64,000 bases of DNA from Chrysomallon squamiferum (GCA_012295275.1 CM022672.1:25792001-25856000), one strand, 5' to 3'. Positions 15,132 to 29,972 are shown, numbered from the stretch's first letter. The notes: generated by a model from the sequence alone, not told the origin. A program made the numbers and translations.

Positions 15132-16253
15132 ATCTTATATTTTTATTTTTTTTATTTTTTTTTTTTTTTTTTTGCATGTGTGTTATACATTTTTATTTTT
15201 TAATCACAAAATGCATAAAATACAAGACTGAGCAAAAAATTAATAAATTGGCTGACTTTGTAAACCAACATATACAAATATGTAATTATACTTCACATTC
15301 AGTGCCATTAGTGTAACTTCAATAAAGCCATTAAATTATACAGCAATGATTAATTTTACTTCAGCAGGTATTCTGTTTACAACATTAGACAGATAAACAT
15401 AAAAATCTTTCATTACAGTTAGTATAATATAATAATTTTGTTTACAACATTTGACAAACAAATAACATTTTTAGCATAGCTTCGTTAATTTTTTTTTTTT
15501 TGTAAAGAATTCACTCTGAAGGTTAGGTTCAGCAGATCTGTTGTTTTTCACTAGAGTAAAATACGTATCATAAAAGACAGAAACACTGCTTAATTAGAGT
15601 TTTATTTTTAATACTCTCCGCAGATCAAAGACACACAGGTGTATTGACCTCAGGTATTTTTAATCTACATCAGCATAACCACAGCAGAAATACATTCTTC
15701 ATATTTGACTCGTTTTATATAAGGTAAAAGAATCTGAACTCTTCCCAGAAAATTCTTACATTTTTCACTTCATGAAACTAATTTTTTTAGCTTTTATGTT
15801 GTTATTATTGGGTGGGGTTTCTTTTTTTAATTATTATTATTATTTTTTTTTTAGGTTATTTAATTTTTTTTTTTAAGGACCATTTTCAGACATAATGAAT
15901 AAACAATGTATATTATTTATGGTTATTTTTACATCATTGTTTGCTGGCTGACTGGACTTTGAGGTTAATGATGAATATTAGAACCTTTTGCAAGTCATTC
16001 AGTGGTGCATCTAAGATATGACAGGTATAGCAAATAAAGGGTGAAGCCACTGAACAGTTTCTGCTAAAGGTGTTAGGTGTGTGAACAGTGGTGCAGGGTC
16101 TGTTTGCTTTATGCACAACTGCAGATATGCTCATGAAGGCTGGTTACAAATGAAAATAATAAAAATGGTTATGTTACTGCAATGGAAGATTGGTAGCTTT
16201 TTCAGAGGAGTAATTATAATTGTTGTTATAGTCCTGCTCCTACTCCTTGGCCA

Positions 16254-16816
16254 TAGGACCAGTCCTCGATATAGCCAGTGATAAATAGGATCAGTCCTCA
16301 GTATAGCCAATGATAAATAGGATCAGTCCTCAGTATAGCCAGTGATAAATAGGATCAGGCCTCAGTATAGCCAATGATAAATAGGATCAGGCCTCAGTAT
16401 AGCCAATGATAAATAGGATCAGGCCTCAGTATAGCCAATGATAAATAGGATCAGTCCTCAGTATAGCCAATGATAAATAGGATCAGTGCTCCATATAGCT
16501 AGTGATAAATAGGATCAGTCCTCGATATAGCCAATGATAAATAGGATCAGTGCTCCATATAGCTAGTGATAAATAGGATCAGTGCTCAGTATAGCCAGTG
16601 ATAAATAGGATCAGTCCTCAGTATAGCCAATGATAAATAGGGTCAGTGCTCAGTATAGCCAGTGATAAATAGGATCAGTCCTCAGTATAGCCAATGATAA
16701 ATAGGGTCAGTGCTCAGTATAGCCAGTGATAAATAGGATCAGTCCTCGATATAGCCAGTGATAAATAGGATCAGGCCTCAGTATAGCCAATGATAAATAG
16801 GATCAGGCCTCAGTAT
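16254..16816. repeat. 32-bp minisatellite, about 17.5 copies
   Basis: Unit TGATAAATAGGATCAGTCCTCAGTATAGCCAA with a few recurring variants; units start at 16279, 16311, 16343 and so on. Confidence 0.97.
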
Positions 16817-16862
16817 CCCCACAGCCAGTGCACCACGCTTGATTTATTAAAAGACTGGGTGA

Positions 16863-17745
16863 GTGTGTTCCTGTGTATGGGAAGGTACACTTACAAGATC
16901 AGCTGTATAGCCCATTATGAGACATCAGCAAATTTCCTGTTTTCGTTATCTTTTAGACCAAAACAACATTTTCTATTAAAGTTATCTAAAATAAGGATGT
17001 TAGACATGTGGACAGAGGTGCAGTGTGTGCTTACTTTGTGTGTGATACACTCAGGAAGACATTCAGGTTTCATACAGTTTTCTTATCCAATGTTGATGTT
17101 GTCATCCTCAGAGTTGTCACATCTGCTGAATGCTGTTGTTATAACTAATCAGTTGCCACATTAACAGCTGTGAACTAGAAAATCATGGTAATCACGTAAA
17201 TCTGTGACAAGAAGAGAAAACCAGTAATTGTGTGTTAAAGACAAGATTTTCATGAACATGTTCTGTTTGCTGCAGGGTTCATGAGTTCATGGCTTTAAAT
17301 TGTAAACATACACACTGTGATGAAACAGCTCAGAGTGACATTGTGTTGCCTCAAGTTCATGACATTCAAAAACAATAATGTGGACGTCATCATGCAGAAC
17401 TAATAGCAAATGACAAGCAAGTAGCTCCTGAATCTGGTTAAATCTGACAGTCTGTGGAAGAATGTAGGTAGATGTGTCAGAGGTTTAAATATAGTTGCTT
17501 TTGTGATCTTGTTTCTGGACCTGGCATAGTAGGCCATATAATCTGTCCTCATTATGCCTATTGGTTCAGACCTGACTATGTCCATTGGGTCTTTTACCAT
17601 CAAAACCATTGTATCATGATTGATTCATTAAAAGGCTGTGTCAGTATGTTCCTGTTTTTGAGAAGGTACATTTGCAACATCAGCTGCTACTAATAAAAAA
17701 AGATAAGACATCAGCAAATTTCCTTTTTCATTATCTTTTAAACCT
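16863..17745. repeat. Diverged ~100-bp direct repeat pair (16863-16960 and 17644-17745)
   Basis: Shared GTTCCTGT..GAAGGTACA..ATCAGCTG..AGACATCAGCAAATTTCCT.TTTTC.TTATCTTTTA.ACC. Confidence 0.8.
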
Positions 17746-18190
17746 TGACCACATTCATAAATATAGATAAAAAAAATATCAACCATTGATTTAAAGAAAC
17801 CATTTTGCTTTTTCCTTCTTACCTTATTCAGTTAGACTGGAATATGAGCATGAACTGGTGTTTGAACATACCAGCCAATGGCTGAAAAATGAAATGTGTA
17901 TCACAGTTTCTACTCCTACAGACAATAAGTATGAGGTGAACGTCCTGGGTTTCGTTTTAGTCATTAGAAGTCTAACATCACATACTCAGACTGAGTAATC
18001 ACTGGCAGGTGCAAACTGAAAGATTCCATTAGAAAACTTCTCTCTGGGTCATCGTCCTCTTGTCACCAAGTATTTACCACGTTGTTATTTAGCAGACGTC
18101 TTCTATTAACACTGTCTAATCGTTTTTATCAATAATGTTTTTATTGGAAATTCTCTTTTCTTTAATCACCATTCAGTGGTTCTTTCAGAG

Positions 18191-18227
<37 letters not shown>

Positions 18228-18869
18228 CATATCTGTGATTTTCTGATTATATATATATATATATATAATATATATGTATCTATATATGTGTGTATGAATG
18301 TATGTATGTATATATATGTGTGTATGTGTCTATATATATGCACATATCATTGTATGTATGTACGTATGTATGTATAATCTCCATTAGTAACATATGTTTA
18401 TATGTATGTCTTTGTGTGTGTATTGTCTCTACAATGTATATGTAAATGAGATTAATCTGCATGTTTACTTTGTCAGTTTATTATGTTTAAGAAAATGTGT
18501 ATACTGAACAGATGGCACTTGTCAAAACAAAACTTCTAAGAGCAATCGATGTCCATTTTCAGATTATCATGTGAACTCAGGATCATTTTCAGATAAATTT
18601 AGAATTTTCTTTCAACATCTCAGTTTAGATATTGGAGATGAAATACCATTGACGTCACAGGTACGAGTTCAGTGTCCTGCAGGAACAAGGGGACTGCACT
18701 CTGATCATGGTCCATGATGCACTTTGATGCACCTGATGTTGGGATGTTGTTTTAGTACAGATGTCCTTGTTCTGTAGATGTTTTACTATTTAAATTATTG
18801 TAACTGGTTCGGGTAACTTTTTAATAATTATGAAAAAATTATATTAAATAAAATGTTCCCAATAATTTT

Positions 18870-18920
<51 letters not shown>

Positions 18921-20117
18921 AATTTGTGTCTGATAAAACTAACCTGCCAGAACTGGATGGGGTCAGAATCAGTGGTAATTGTTAGTTTGTAGAGAGTTAT
19001 CTATTCATACAGGTTTCATTCAGAGTTATGGTTCTTGCAAAATATGATTTGAAAATAAACACAAATAAACAGTATCAAAAATAAGAAGTAAAGAAAAAAG
19101 TCCATCCCAGTTATAGGATATTTTGTATATGAGAACTGTTCAGTAAAGGTTATACAACAACCAGGAATGAAATAAAATGACATCTCTACCTTTATTTTTT
19201 CATTTTTATAAAATATTCTTTATTCTCATATCAAAAACTATACCTTAACTTTCTTCAGTAAGAAAAATATGAGAAAACAAGAAAAATGAACAACAGCAAC
19301 AAAAAAGTAAAGTTGTCAAATGAAGGAAACAAAATTAAAGAAACAAAATGAAAAGCAAAAAATGAAGAAACAGAGAATGAAAAAAAACTTAAAACCAAAT
19401 TGACAAAACAAAAAAAAAAAAAGTTGACAAATAAAGGAAAGAAAATTGAAGAACCAAAAAACCGACAAGAAAATTATTATAAAAAAAGACAGAAATAAAC
19501 TAAAGGGGAAAAAAAAAAAAAGAAGTAGAAAAGAAATAACTAATCATGGTTTGAATAGATTGACTGGTCAGAGGTAGTTGACAGAAACCTTAAAGCAAAC
19601 CGGTATTGCTGAGTTGTGTCACAAATTGTGTGACTCCATAGACTGACTCTTCATTTACACAAATCACTGGAGAAAGAAGTCCCTCAGATGTCCCAGTCAC
19701 TCAAGGTGATGTGGTTAAGCTATATTGTCTTACACTGAGAGATTTCTCGTTATTACAGTGTCTCAGAGCGTTGACCTAAGTGTAATGAAAAGTTTCTTAC
19801 ATCTGCAAAAAAAAAAAAAAAAAAAGAGACGAAAAAGAAAATAAAAGAAAAGAAAAAAAATTTCAGAGTAGGGTATTTTCATTAGACTGGTTTCTGTTCT
19901 GTTTTAATTTAACATTTTAATTATTTTAATTTTGTATTGTTTTTTTTAGGTTAAGGAGAAATATATATTTATATTATATATTTTTTGTTTTTATTAAATT
20001 TAATTTGTTAATTTTCAGTTTATATTTTCAAATGTATATCAACATAAAGTTGACTAGCACAAAAAATTAATTTATTTTGTTTTCTGTATTTGTAGATATT
20101 ATTTATTTATTTAATTA

Positions 20118-20148
<31 letters not shown>

Positions 20149-21965
20149 TTTATATTTTATATTTTTATTTTTATTTTTATTTTTATTTTTTTTTTTTTTT
20201 TTTTTTTTTTTTTGCAAAGTGTTTTTCACAAGTTTACATGTTTAATTATCCAAAAAAGAAAATTAAATAAAATAAAAAAAGATAAACTGTTTGTTGTTGA
20301 TATATTATACATTTTTAACATTTATTTTATTTTTATTTTAATTAATTACTTTATTAATTTATTTAATTATTTACTGTCAGTGAAAAGGTTGTGATTCATT
20401 CAGAATTTATCATTTATACTCTGTTACATCCTACTCTGTACAGAATAAAAATTCTTTTCACATACTGTTAATCTGAAAATCAAAATACCTTTAAAATTTA
20501 TCGAAATCTATTTCAATGATACTGTGGCAACAAAGCAAACAAAAACCCCAAAATCCAGGAAATTTAAAAAATAAATAAAATAAAATGCCACTGTATATGA
20601 TTCACAGATTTCCCTTTGAAGCTGCATACTTCTGGTGTAATATTATTGGTAACAAGCCTCACAAGGTTGTTGCTAACATTCGGTTGTTGCTAATGCTGGA
20701 TATGTCTGAAAAGGAAATAAATTACAGTTTGCGTGTATATCTGTGCTGTTGTTTGTACCTGACACTGAACACCTGTTCTCAACTGTTTTTCTTGGAAGAA
20801 GACGAAGTCACAGAAAGCTTGCAGTAAAACACATTTTAATTTAAATTAATTTTGATTAATTAGTTCATATTGACAGACAGACAGATTTAGTTATTTATAA
20901 AGATAGACAAATAGGTAGATGGATGGATTTCTGTTCAACTCCAAATACATATTATAATTTTACATTGATTTGTTATTAAATATTCATTTATTGAAACCAT
21001 TATGCCAGCAACATAAATTTACTATATCTTTAACACTTTTATTTGTTTTAATCGATCATTTTTATAGTTGGCACCATGAAAGTTTTATATTTTACCCAAT
21101 CTCACTAAATTTTGTAATACTGTAATCCTGGAAACACTTTCTGATTTATCTTATTTTCACTGCATGGCAAACTGATGTATCTAGCTTTTTGTTTACGTCG
21201 TTTTGGATTTTATTTCAGTTTTATGCTTTTTTAAAATAATTTTCCCACCTTGATAAGAGTTAAACGTGAAATGTCTAATATTTTTGTCTGTCTCTGTATT
21301 TTCACATCATTGTTTACCACATCTACAGCAACTGCAGTTGGTCACGTAAGCGCAGTGTTTAATGACAAAAGTAAAGATACTACATAGGTTTTATTGACCT
21401 GTGTTTGTAGACTTCTAGATAGTTTATCACACAGATTAATTTTCATGTGATTATTTTACTTGCTTTAATTGAGAAAATGTTTGTTTTTGTTTTACCCTGT
21501 TTGTTTTTTTAAAAAGAGAAACACACAGTGTCTGTATTGTGCTGAGATAAACACACATTAGTTGGAGCATTTCCACTAAAGTTTATCCTGGTATAACTGC
21601 TTTTTTTATTTTTTTTATTTTTGGAATAATGTATTAAATGTCACAGCTGAATGTAGATTTTGTTTTCATTGCAGAAAGTATAACCTGAATCAAAAGTGAT
21701 CTTGTGGTCTGCGTATCATGGTGAAGTCTAACATAATTTTACCAGTCAAAGATAATTTGTTTTAGAGTCATAATGTCAAGGGCTGATGTGCTGAAGAATA
21801 AATGATTACATAGAGTAATTAAAAAACTGATTCATTTTCTTTAACAAACATGCATGTCATATCAGCTTTACATAAATTAATGTTCCATCATCAAGTGTCT
21901 TAAATTGCTCTCTGATGCATTATCTTTACATTAAACCCACTCATTGTTTATTACCAGCAAGGCAA

Positions 21966-22057
<92 letters not shown>

Positions 22058-23169
22058 TTTTTGCAGCCATATGTGGTAGGAATAAAGAAATAAGCTAATG
22101 TTGACACTATGAAGGATTGAACCTATTACACTACACTGTTCATTTCAGCTTTATATCAGTATAAAGCCAATTCATTACTTTAATAACTACAGCTATGAAT
22201 AACATCAGTGAATAACTACAGCTAGACTTATATAGTTACAGAAAAACAGAAGTACATTGAAGTGCAAAACTGCCATTTGTTTGGATGGTAAATGCCTAAT
22301 GAGCACACACCCAAATGCAAACACACACACACACACACAAACAGACACATGTCCATTCATCCATCCATCCACATAAATGTAGAGGAAAAACATACTTCTA
22401 TATTTGTGAACATCTTTATATCTGTGCAAGTACCAAACAAAAAACATTTTACTTTGTGAAACAGTGATCTGAATCATGAAGTAAAAACCTTTGTCTTACT
22501 AACAGATGTTTCAAATCTTCTATTCTCTTATCTGCTTAAACATGACAAAATACTTTTTTTCTCCTTTTTAAACGAAACTTGAACATGTAGTTACTCCTAT
22601 GGTTCTGTCAACAGTTGTTCTAAATGGAGAAGTTCTTACCTAATTTTAAACCATGCTTCTCTCTCACTGGGAACACAAATAGACCAAGGCTCAGAAATAG
22701 AACTCAAGTCACAGAGAAATGCCTGGCACTGTTGTATTTTTGGCACACACTAAGTGTAGAGATTGTCATGGCTGCCTGTACCAGCTTATCTGATCTGCTC
22801 AAACATTTCAAAGCAGATGGTCTGTACAAGAAATCAGCCATTGGTAGAAAACATATTATCACTAGGATAATAATAATAATAATAATAATAAGAATAATAA
22901 TAATAAGAATAATAACAAATACCATTAAAATATATATTACTAATTTTATGTAGACATGTAACTTCAACATGCACATAAACAAGACATCAGTGTTTCATGA
23001 TATCTCAGAACTGACTGTTAGATATTCATTCTGAGGTAGCTAAACAAACAAGCTGATCTGTTTGTGTACAGCTTAAATTAAAACAGTGTATACTGCTTGG
23101 TAAAACACAAGTCAGTTATCAAGGTTGCATCTCATTAATTCACTCAAAAACAAACAAAAACTATTCCAT

Positions 23170-23490
23170 TTTCTCATATGGTTTAGAATACAATACAAAA
23201 ACAAATACATATTTATAAACATTCTATCATTCAACAATACATATTTATATTTCCACCATGGTTTAGAGTGCAATATACTTATACTTACAACAATACATAT
23301 TTATATTTCCACCATGGTTTAGGTACAATATACTTATACTTACAACAATACATATTTATATTTCCACCATGGTTTAGAGTACAATAGACATATAATTACA
23401 ACAATACATATTTACATTTTCAATGCATGCAGAGTACAAAACGTATATTTATAACAGAACATGTTTATATTTTCTGTGTGGTTTAGAGCA
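23170..23490. repeat. ~56-bp diverged tandem repeat, about 5 copies
   Basis: GGTTTAG recurs at 23260, 23316 and 23371, preceded each time by CAACAATACATATTTATATTTCCACCAT; flanking copies are degenerate. Confidence 0.85.
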
Positions 23491-26030
23491 GAGTGTACTC
23501 TCCTGATAACTAAATAATTCACAGCAAGACAGTGTAAACAAAACTCCAGATTTTCAAATAATTACGTGTGTGGCTGTGTCATGTTACAGAAAAACAATTC
23601 AAAGGTGCAGAATCCAAGAAATGTTTACAATAATAAATAAACATTATACATCATTCATAACCGGTCTCTTTTCATTATGACTGTGTATTTATGTGCTTTT
23701 TATACATATTGTGCACTTTAAAGTTATATTTTTGTTAAACTGTCAACCATTCTTTGTTAATAATAAAGAATGACAGTTAACAACAAGATGCATGTACTTA
23801 CAGTTAATACTGAAATTCTAGGCTGCCAGTGAAAGCTTGAACCTTGACCATTCCTTACATTTGTTTGTTGTTCAGGCAAACACTCCAAACCACATTACAA
23901 TTATACAAGTTTTTTTTCAAAAATAAATGCTGCAACAAACCCTAATGACAGTAATGGAAACAGATTTCGTCAAAGAAATACGAGTTTAACTAGATTCATC
24001 ATGTTGCTAACTAGTCTTGAAAGCTCTGTCACAGAGCATCTCTGTACCCTGCTCTGGTCTTTGAACACACCATTTTCTTTTTCAAGGACAAAGAAAACAG
24101 AAAAAGTAATTATAAAAATGAATTAAAATATTTCATATTTGACATAAATTTTTAAATTTTGTTTTTGCTTTTTCTTAAGTGCAGAATCACTAAATGATCT
24201 TTAATTTAGTAAGATTGAAAAAGAAGTATCAAATTTATTCTCACATTTGTCCAACTTAATTGGGATCCGTTTTGAGAAAATGTATTCAAAATTAACGTGT
24301 ACAGTTTTTCAGCATTTTGATGTTAAATTTTTTTTTTTTAGCTAATAAAAAAAAAAAAAAAAAAAAAACTCTGCAGTTTCCTTTTGTATTCAGCGAGTTG
24401 GAAAAATGGATTTTCAAGTGAGGTTTCATTTGTCATTAATTAAAACCAAAACAGCGTTAAAAGCATTAACTGCTGCTTTCTAACTTCCTGCTTAATCCAT
24501 CAGAGTTCTTTCTGGAAGAGTCGGCTATTTTTAGACTCACTGCAACTATTATTGATTCCTTTGATCTGCACGACTCAGCCAATTTACTCATGTCTTTAGA
24601 AGAAATCAGACAATTCAGGGAAATGCTCCCTAAGCAATAACACAAAATCAGTTTGAAAATCTGCCGCCGCTGCTGCTGTTGTTTTTTTATTTAGGTCAGT
24701 CTGCGATGTTGCTGTGTGATTCGGGTTGCGGGCTAATGCAGTAGGTTTTCTTATCTGGAAACTCATTTGTTTCCTGGTTCACTGATACAGCATGAATTCA
24801 TTCCATTTAATAAATCAGTGATTACAAATAATAAATTAGTGATAAAATGCACACACAAATATCCTCACACTGACATTTTCATTTGCTCACACATACGCAG
24901 ATATACTTGCAAACACATAAATACACAGATATCAACATACGCATAGATACACACATAAAACAGAATTAATATCCTCTATCAAACTTTATTAAAGTATTTA
25001 TTTAACCCCCTGAGCCTTTGCCTGCCATACCCTGGACCCTGAATATTATAAATAACACACTGCTTCACAGAAAACACCCTCTGTGTACGTACCCTGCCAC
25101 TTTCTGCCCTGCCTTTCGCTTCCTGGGTCCATCAATGCTATCAGCACTAATAACAGGTTATTAAAGAGAAATGTATTTAATTCTGACTGAACGCACCAGG
25201 AAGGAGAGTTTGTGCTACAATCAAATGTCATACCCCACACTCTCTTCAGTCTCATTGTGTTCTGATCACCAACACAGTCAGTGCGACTACTACAGTAACT
25301 GCACTGCCAGCCTCAACACCCTTGTTTTAATTAGCCTCCTACAAGCTTCATCTCTTCAGTCATTATTAAACTGTCACTGGCCGGAGATGAAGTTATCCAG
25401 ATTTGTCTTGGAAATGATTAATTAACTGTAATTAAATCACATCTCTGTTTCAGTTATTTGTTATCACATAACAACAAAATGTGTTTGGACTGTTTTATTA
25501 ATATATATATATATATATATATTTTTTTTTTTTTTCATTTTACCAAACAGTGTATGATGAAGATTTTTTTTTAATGTAACTAAGAATATTGGTTGAGCTT
25601 TTTTATTTCAGTTCAATTTTAAATATTTTATTAAAATATTTTTTTTATTAAGTTGGTCTTTTAGTTACCTTCCTTTTTTTTTTTTTTAAATGTGTTTTAT
25701 TTTATTTTATTTTATTTATTTTAGTTAATATGAATAATTCTACATTCTGTTATTCATAATGTACTTCAAATCAAAAGTTATAACTGAATAAAGTCATTTT
25801 TTATTTACTTTTATAAAAATATATGGAAACACAGTTTTATTTTAAAAATATTTTATTGCTGGATTCAAAATGTGCCAGACACAAATTTGCCACACTGTCA
25901 CAGCCTTTTAACTTGTTGGACAGTTGACATCAACGTTGCTAATCACAGAAGTTGACCTGTTTACTCTCTGGCATGCTCATTACCATTATCAGAGTCACCA
26001 ACCTGATTGATAGGCTAAACGGAAACAATT

Positions 26031-26791
26031 ACAGGAATCACTCTATTAGTGTCTCTCCTTCCTGTTGTACACCACACATAGTCACAGGAATCACAGTATT
26101 AGTGTCTCTCTTTCCTGTTGTACACCACACATAGTCACAGGAATCACCGTATTAGTGTCTCTCTTTCCTGTTGCACACCACACATAGTCACAGGAATCAC
26201 TCTATTAGTGTCTCTCTTTCCTGTTGTACACCACACATAGTCACAGGAATCACTGTATTAGTGTCTCTCTTTCCTGTTGTACACCACACATAGTCACAGG
26301 AATCACTCTATTAGTGTCTCTCTTTCCTGTTGTACACCACACATAGTCACAGGAATCACTGTATTAGTGTCTCTCCTTCCTGTTGTACACCACGCATAGT
26401 CACAGGAATCACTGTATTAGTGTCTCTCCTTCCTGTTGTACACCACGCATAGTCACAGGAATCACTGTATTAGTGTCTCTCCTTCCTGTTGTACACCACG
26501 CATAGTCACAGGAATCACTGTATTAGTGTCTCTCTTTCCTGTCGTACACCACACATAGTCACAGGAATCACTCTATTAGTGTCTCTCTTTCCTGTTGTAC
26601 ACCACACATAGTCACAGGAATCACTGTATTAGTGTCTCTCTTTCCTGTTGTACACCACACATAGTCACAGGAATCACTGTATCAGTGTCTCTCTTTCCTG
26701 TTGTACACCACACATAGTCACAGGAATCATTCTATTAGTGTCTCTCTTTCCTGTTGTACACCACACATAGTCACAGGAATCACTGTATTAG
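26031..26791. repeat. 53-bp minisatellite, about 14 copies
   Basis: Unit CACAGGAATCACTGTATTAGTGTCTCTCTTTCCTGTTGTACACCACACATAGT (for example at 26401 and 26454). Copies are near-identical and have no spacers. Confidence 0.97.
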
Positions 26792-27895
26792 TTTTCTGTT
26801 TCACACTGTATACAGTTACTCCAAACCTTTTCAGAATTCACCAAATTCTTTCTTTCTGTGGTCTCAGAATGTTTCATGATTTGGCTTAAAATTAGAGTAT
26901 GCAGACAGATTACTCATAGATGATAAACAGGAAAAATAATTGATATATATTATTTCAGCTTGTGTTTATACATTTACTTTTTCCTTTTCTGTGTACAAAG
27001 TGATCTTACACTGAAAAGTGTAAAAATATCACTTTTTAAACATTCAGCAAATAAATGTTGTCTTACTGAATCATTGCTGTATATTGTTTCAGTCTGTGTT
27101 TTACTTTGTACTTTTCAGTGAAAAAATGAATTTACATTAAAAGGGTAAAATAACATCTGTTAAACATTAAGAAAATTTTGTTTCATTATTAAACTTTTTT
27201 TTTTTATATTAATAAAGACTGGTTGGTAATGGCAAATAAAACAGTTATGCATACAAAATGTTTATTACAGAATGATTTGATCTTGTAAATCAAATAATCA
27301 TCCTTTACATACCCTTTCCGAGATTGAGGGTTGAACCCGAGATCTGTTAATGTTAAACTCTTATTGTCACCAGTACTTGGCAGACCACAAACCTGTCAGG
27401 TTGCATCTCAAGGACAGGTCTTACATGAAGATTATCTCATGTATCTTTACCATCATGTGGGGATTGCTGTAATTAAATTTCCTATTTTAAAGAAATTACT
27501 GACTCTTAAAGTATTCCTTGACACTGATTATGTTATATCTGCCCACAGTCAGTTTGCTGACAAGGGGACAACCACTGACAAAGAAATCATCAAAGCTGGT
27601 CATTTTAGTAAAATGTGAAATGCTGTGTGTGAAATAATAACACTTGTTGATGGTCACAGTTTTCCACTTGGAAGATGATGACCACTTGCTAGAGTACAAC
27701 AGTAAAGTACTTTCACTCGGTAAACTTATTGCATCAGTCATTTCAGGAGTATTTCTGTTATACTGAAAAGTTTACTTTTATGAAATAAATCTTTCATAAA
27801 TTTACTGTTTGTTTTAGTTTCTGTTGACCAGTCTTGAATTATTAATAAACAAGATAGTAAAAGAATGTAAGAATTTTTTAGTATTTGTTTATGAT

Positions 27896-27944
<49 letters not shown>

Positions 27945-29421
27945 TTAGTTAATATGTGTCCAAAAAATAAAAAATTTATTTTAGTTATCAGTGTGAAAAA
28001 TAAATAAATTCTTCTTAATTCACATTGTTTCTTCACCTTCTTTTCTATTTCTTTTCTTTCTCTCTTTTTATTGTAATTCCAGGATTTAGTAATTGTTTGT
28101 TTACAACATCAGTGTTTTAAATGGAGCTTCCGCATGTAAAAGTTATTGCATCAGAAATACTGTTTTTAAATGTTTTAATTCTGAGATCACTAAACTGGAT
28201 TTGCTGCAGATGTGATGACAGTAATTAATCGGGCAAAACATGTTTCTGTTTCAATTAGATGATCCAGTTAGAATAGAAATCTTTGTACTTTTGTTGTGGT
28301 CATTATCTGATGTGTTATTGTCATTAAGAATAACATAAAAGCATTTTATACTACTGGCTTTGTCCTTTCAGACAAGATTTAACTGATGGTAGAAATATGT
28401 TTCAGTGTATTGTTTATTAACAGACATATTTGTGATTAGCAGGGGTGAGACAAAAGGATGAGTAATATTGTTCAGACAAGATTTAAACAGAAACATGCAG
28501 GCCTAGAGAAGGATTATCAATAATTAAAATTAGCCATTTATTGATTAATATGACTAAAATAAAAATCTCGGGTATTCCTTACCAGCTAGTTAGGTCATTA
28601 AGACAAGATTTAACTGAAAGTGAAATGTGTATCGAAGGATTAATTATTATTAGACATTCACAGGGCAAGAACAAAAGCCTGAGTATTCCATTACCCCTGA
28701 TTAGTTCATTTAGTCCGAAACAGAAATATGTATCAGTGGATTAATTACTGTCTACCGGTTACAGATGTATCGGATCATTTTGCTGTTGTGTCAGTCAGCT
28801 GATGTGTTTTCTGCAGCCGCTGGTAGATGTCGACAACGAAGGCTTCATGTCACGGCATGCGCACATTCATCGATTAACTAAAGTTTCAATTAACCGTGTT
28901 CCATTTCGCACAGAATCCGGTAATGAAAAACAACGAGTGGAAACCGAATTACAATTTTTTTTCCCCCTTTCATATATGGCGGGAAATAGCTAACCCATAA
29001 AACTATAAAAATCTCCCATAAAAGATCATTGTTGATTGTAATCTGGAAATAGTATGAGTGAATTAATTTATTGGTTTTATTTCTGTGTGAGGTAAATGAC
29101 TTGATCTCATAGTGGTGTATGCTGTTTTCTGTTTGTCATATCTCGTGTCTGGTGATAAATTAAACTTTTTCTGAAGTCATTTTTACTTTATTTTATTTTT
29201 CTATCTAGGAATCATCGTTGTTGTCCATGTGGGTCAATCTTATCTGTTTAATTCTTTCAGTCTTAGTCTTTTTTCTTTATCACTTTTTTATTTTTTATTT
29301 TTTTTTGGAATAACCATAAAAAATATATACATCTTTGGAAAACACATTCACTTTTCTTTGTCCAGTTCACATATACCTTTTTCATTGTTATTATTTCATT
29401 GTTTTATTTTGTTTATATTTT

Positions 29422-29457
<36 letters not shown>

Positions 29458-29972
29458 TTAGTTTCTGTTGTAATTTTAACTTTATCTCAGTATAATTATG
29501 CAAGTAGTATGGGATTTTGTAATAGAGAGGCTATTTCTGTCTTTACTTCTGTTGCAATTTTTGACTTTATCTTGGTATAATTATGTATGGGATTTTGTAA
29601 TAGAAATGTTATTTCTTGCTGATAATGAAAAGGAAATGTGCGAACCAAAGTGAACTCCCTTTGAGTGTTTGCAGCTAACAGTCTTGTGTGAAGTCTTTCA
29701 GATTTCATTCTGTGTTAACCGGGGCCAGTCAGGACAAAGTGATCAAGTACAAATGATCTGCCCAGAAGACTGTTTTAGACAGGATAAAGATCCAGTGTCC
29801 ACTGGGGGATTATGATTAGGAAGACTGTGACATTTCAGATTCTGTATTTACCACCTTGTACTAAGTGATTTCAGTTTGTTGAGTTCAGTCCACTGTCCTC
29901 TAAAGATGTTTGCATGAAGTCATCATCACATTGCACTTGTTGTATACCTCAGTATACACATGTATTTTCATC

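Noticed and set aside
14843-15316. ORFs with YYTIL repeats, and the many ERER, CVCV, LSLS and poly-I/F/K ORFs elsewhere
   Set aside because: They are translations of microsatellites, with no splice support or protein-like composition.
16254-16816. 32-bp array (and the 53-bp array at 26031-26791) as a CRISPR array
   Set aside because: Units are head-to-tail with no unique spacers, there are no cas genes, and the context is eukaryotic intron.
25002-25165. TTAACCCC...GGTTATTAA as a piggyBac-type MITE
   Set aside because: There are no convincing terminal inverted repeats beyond a few bases.
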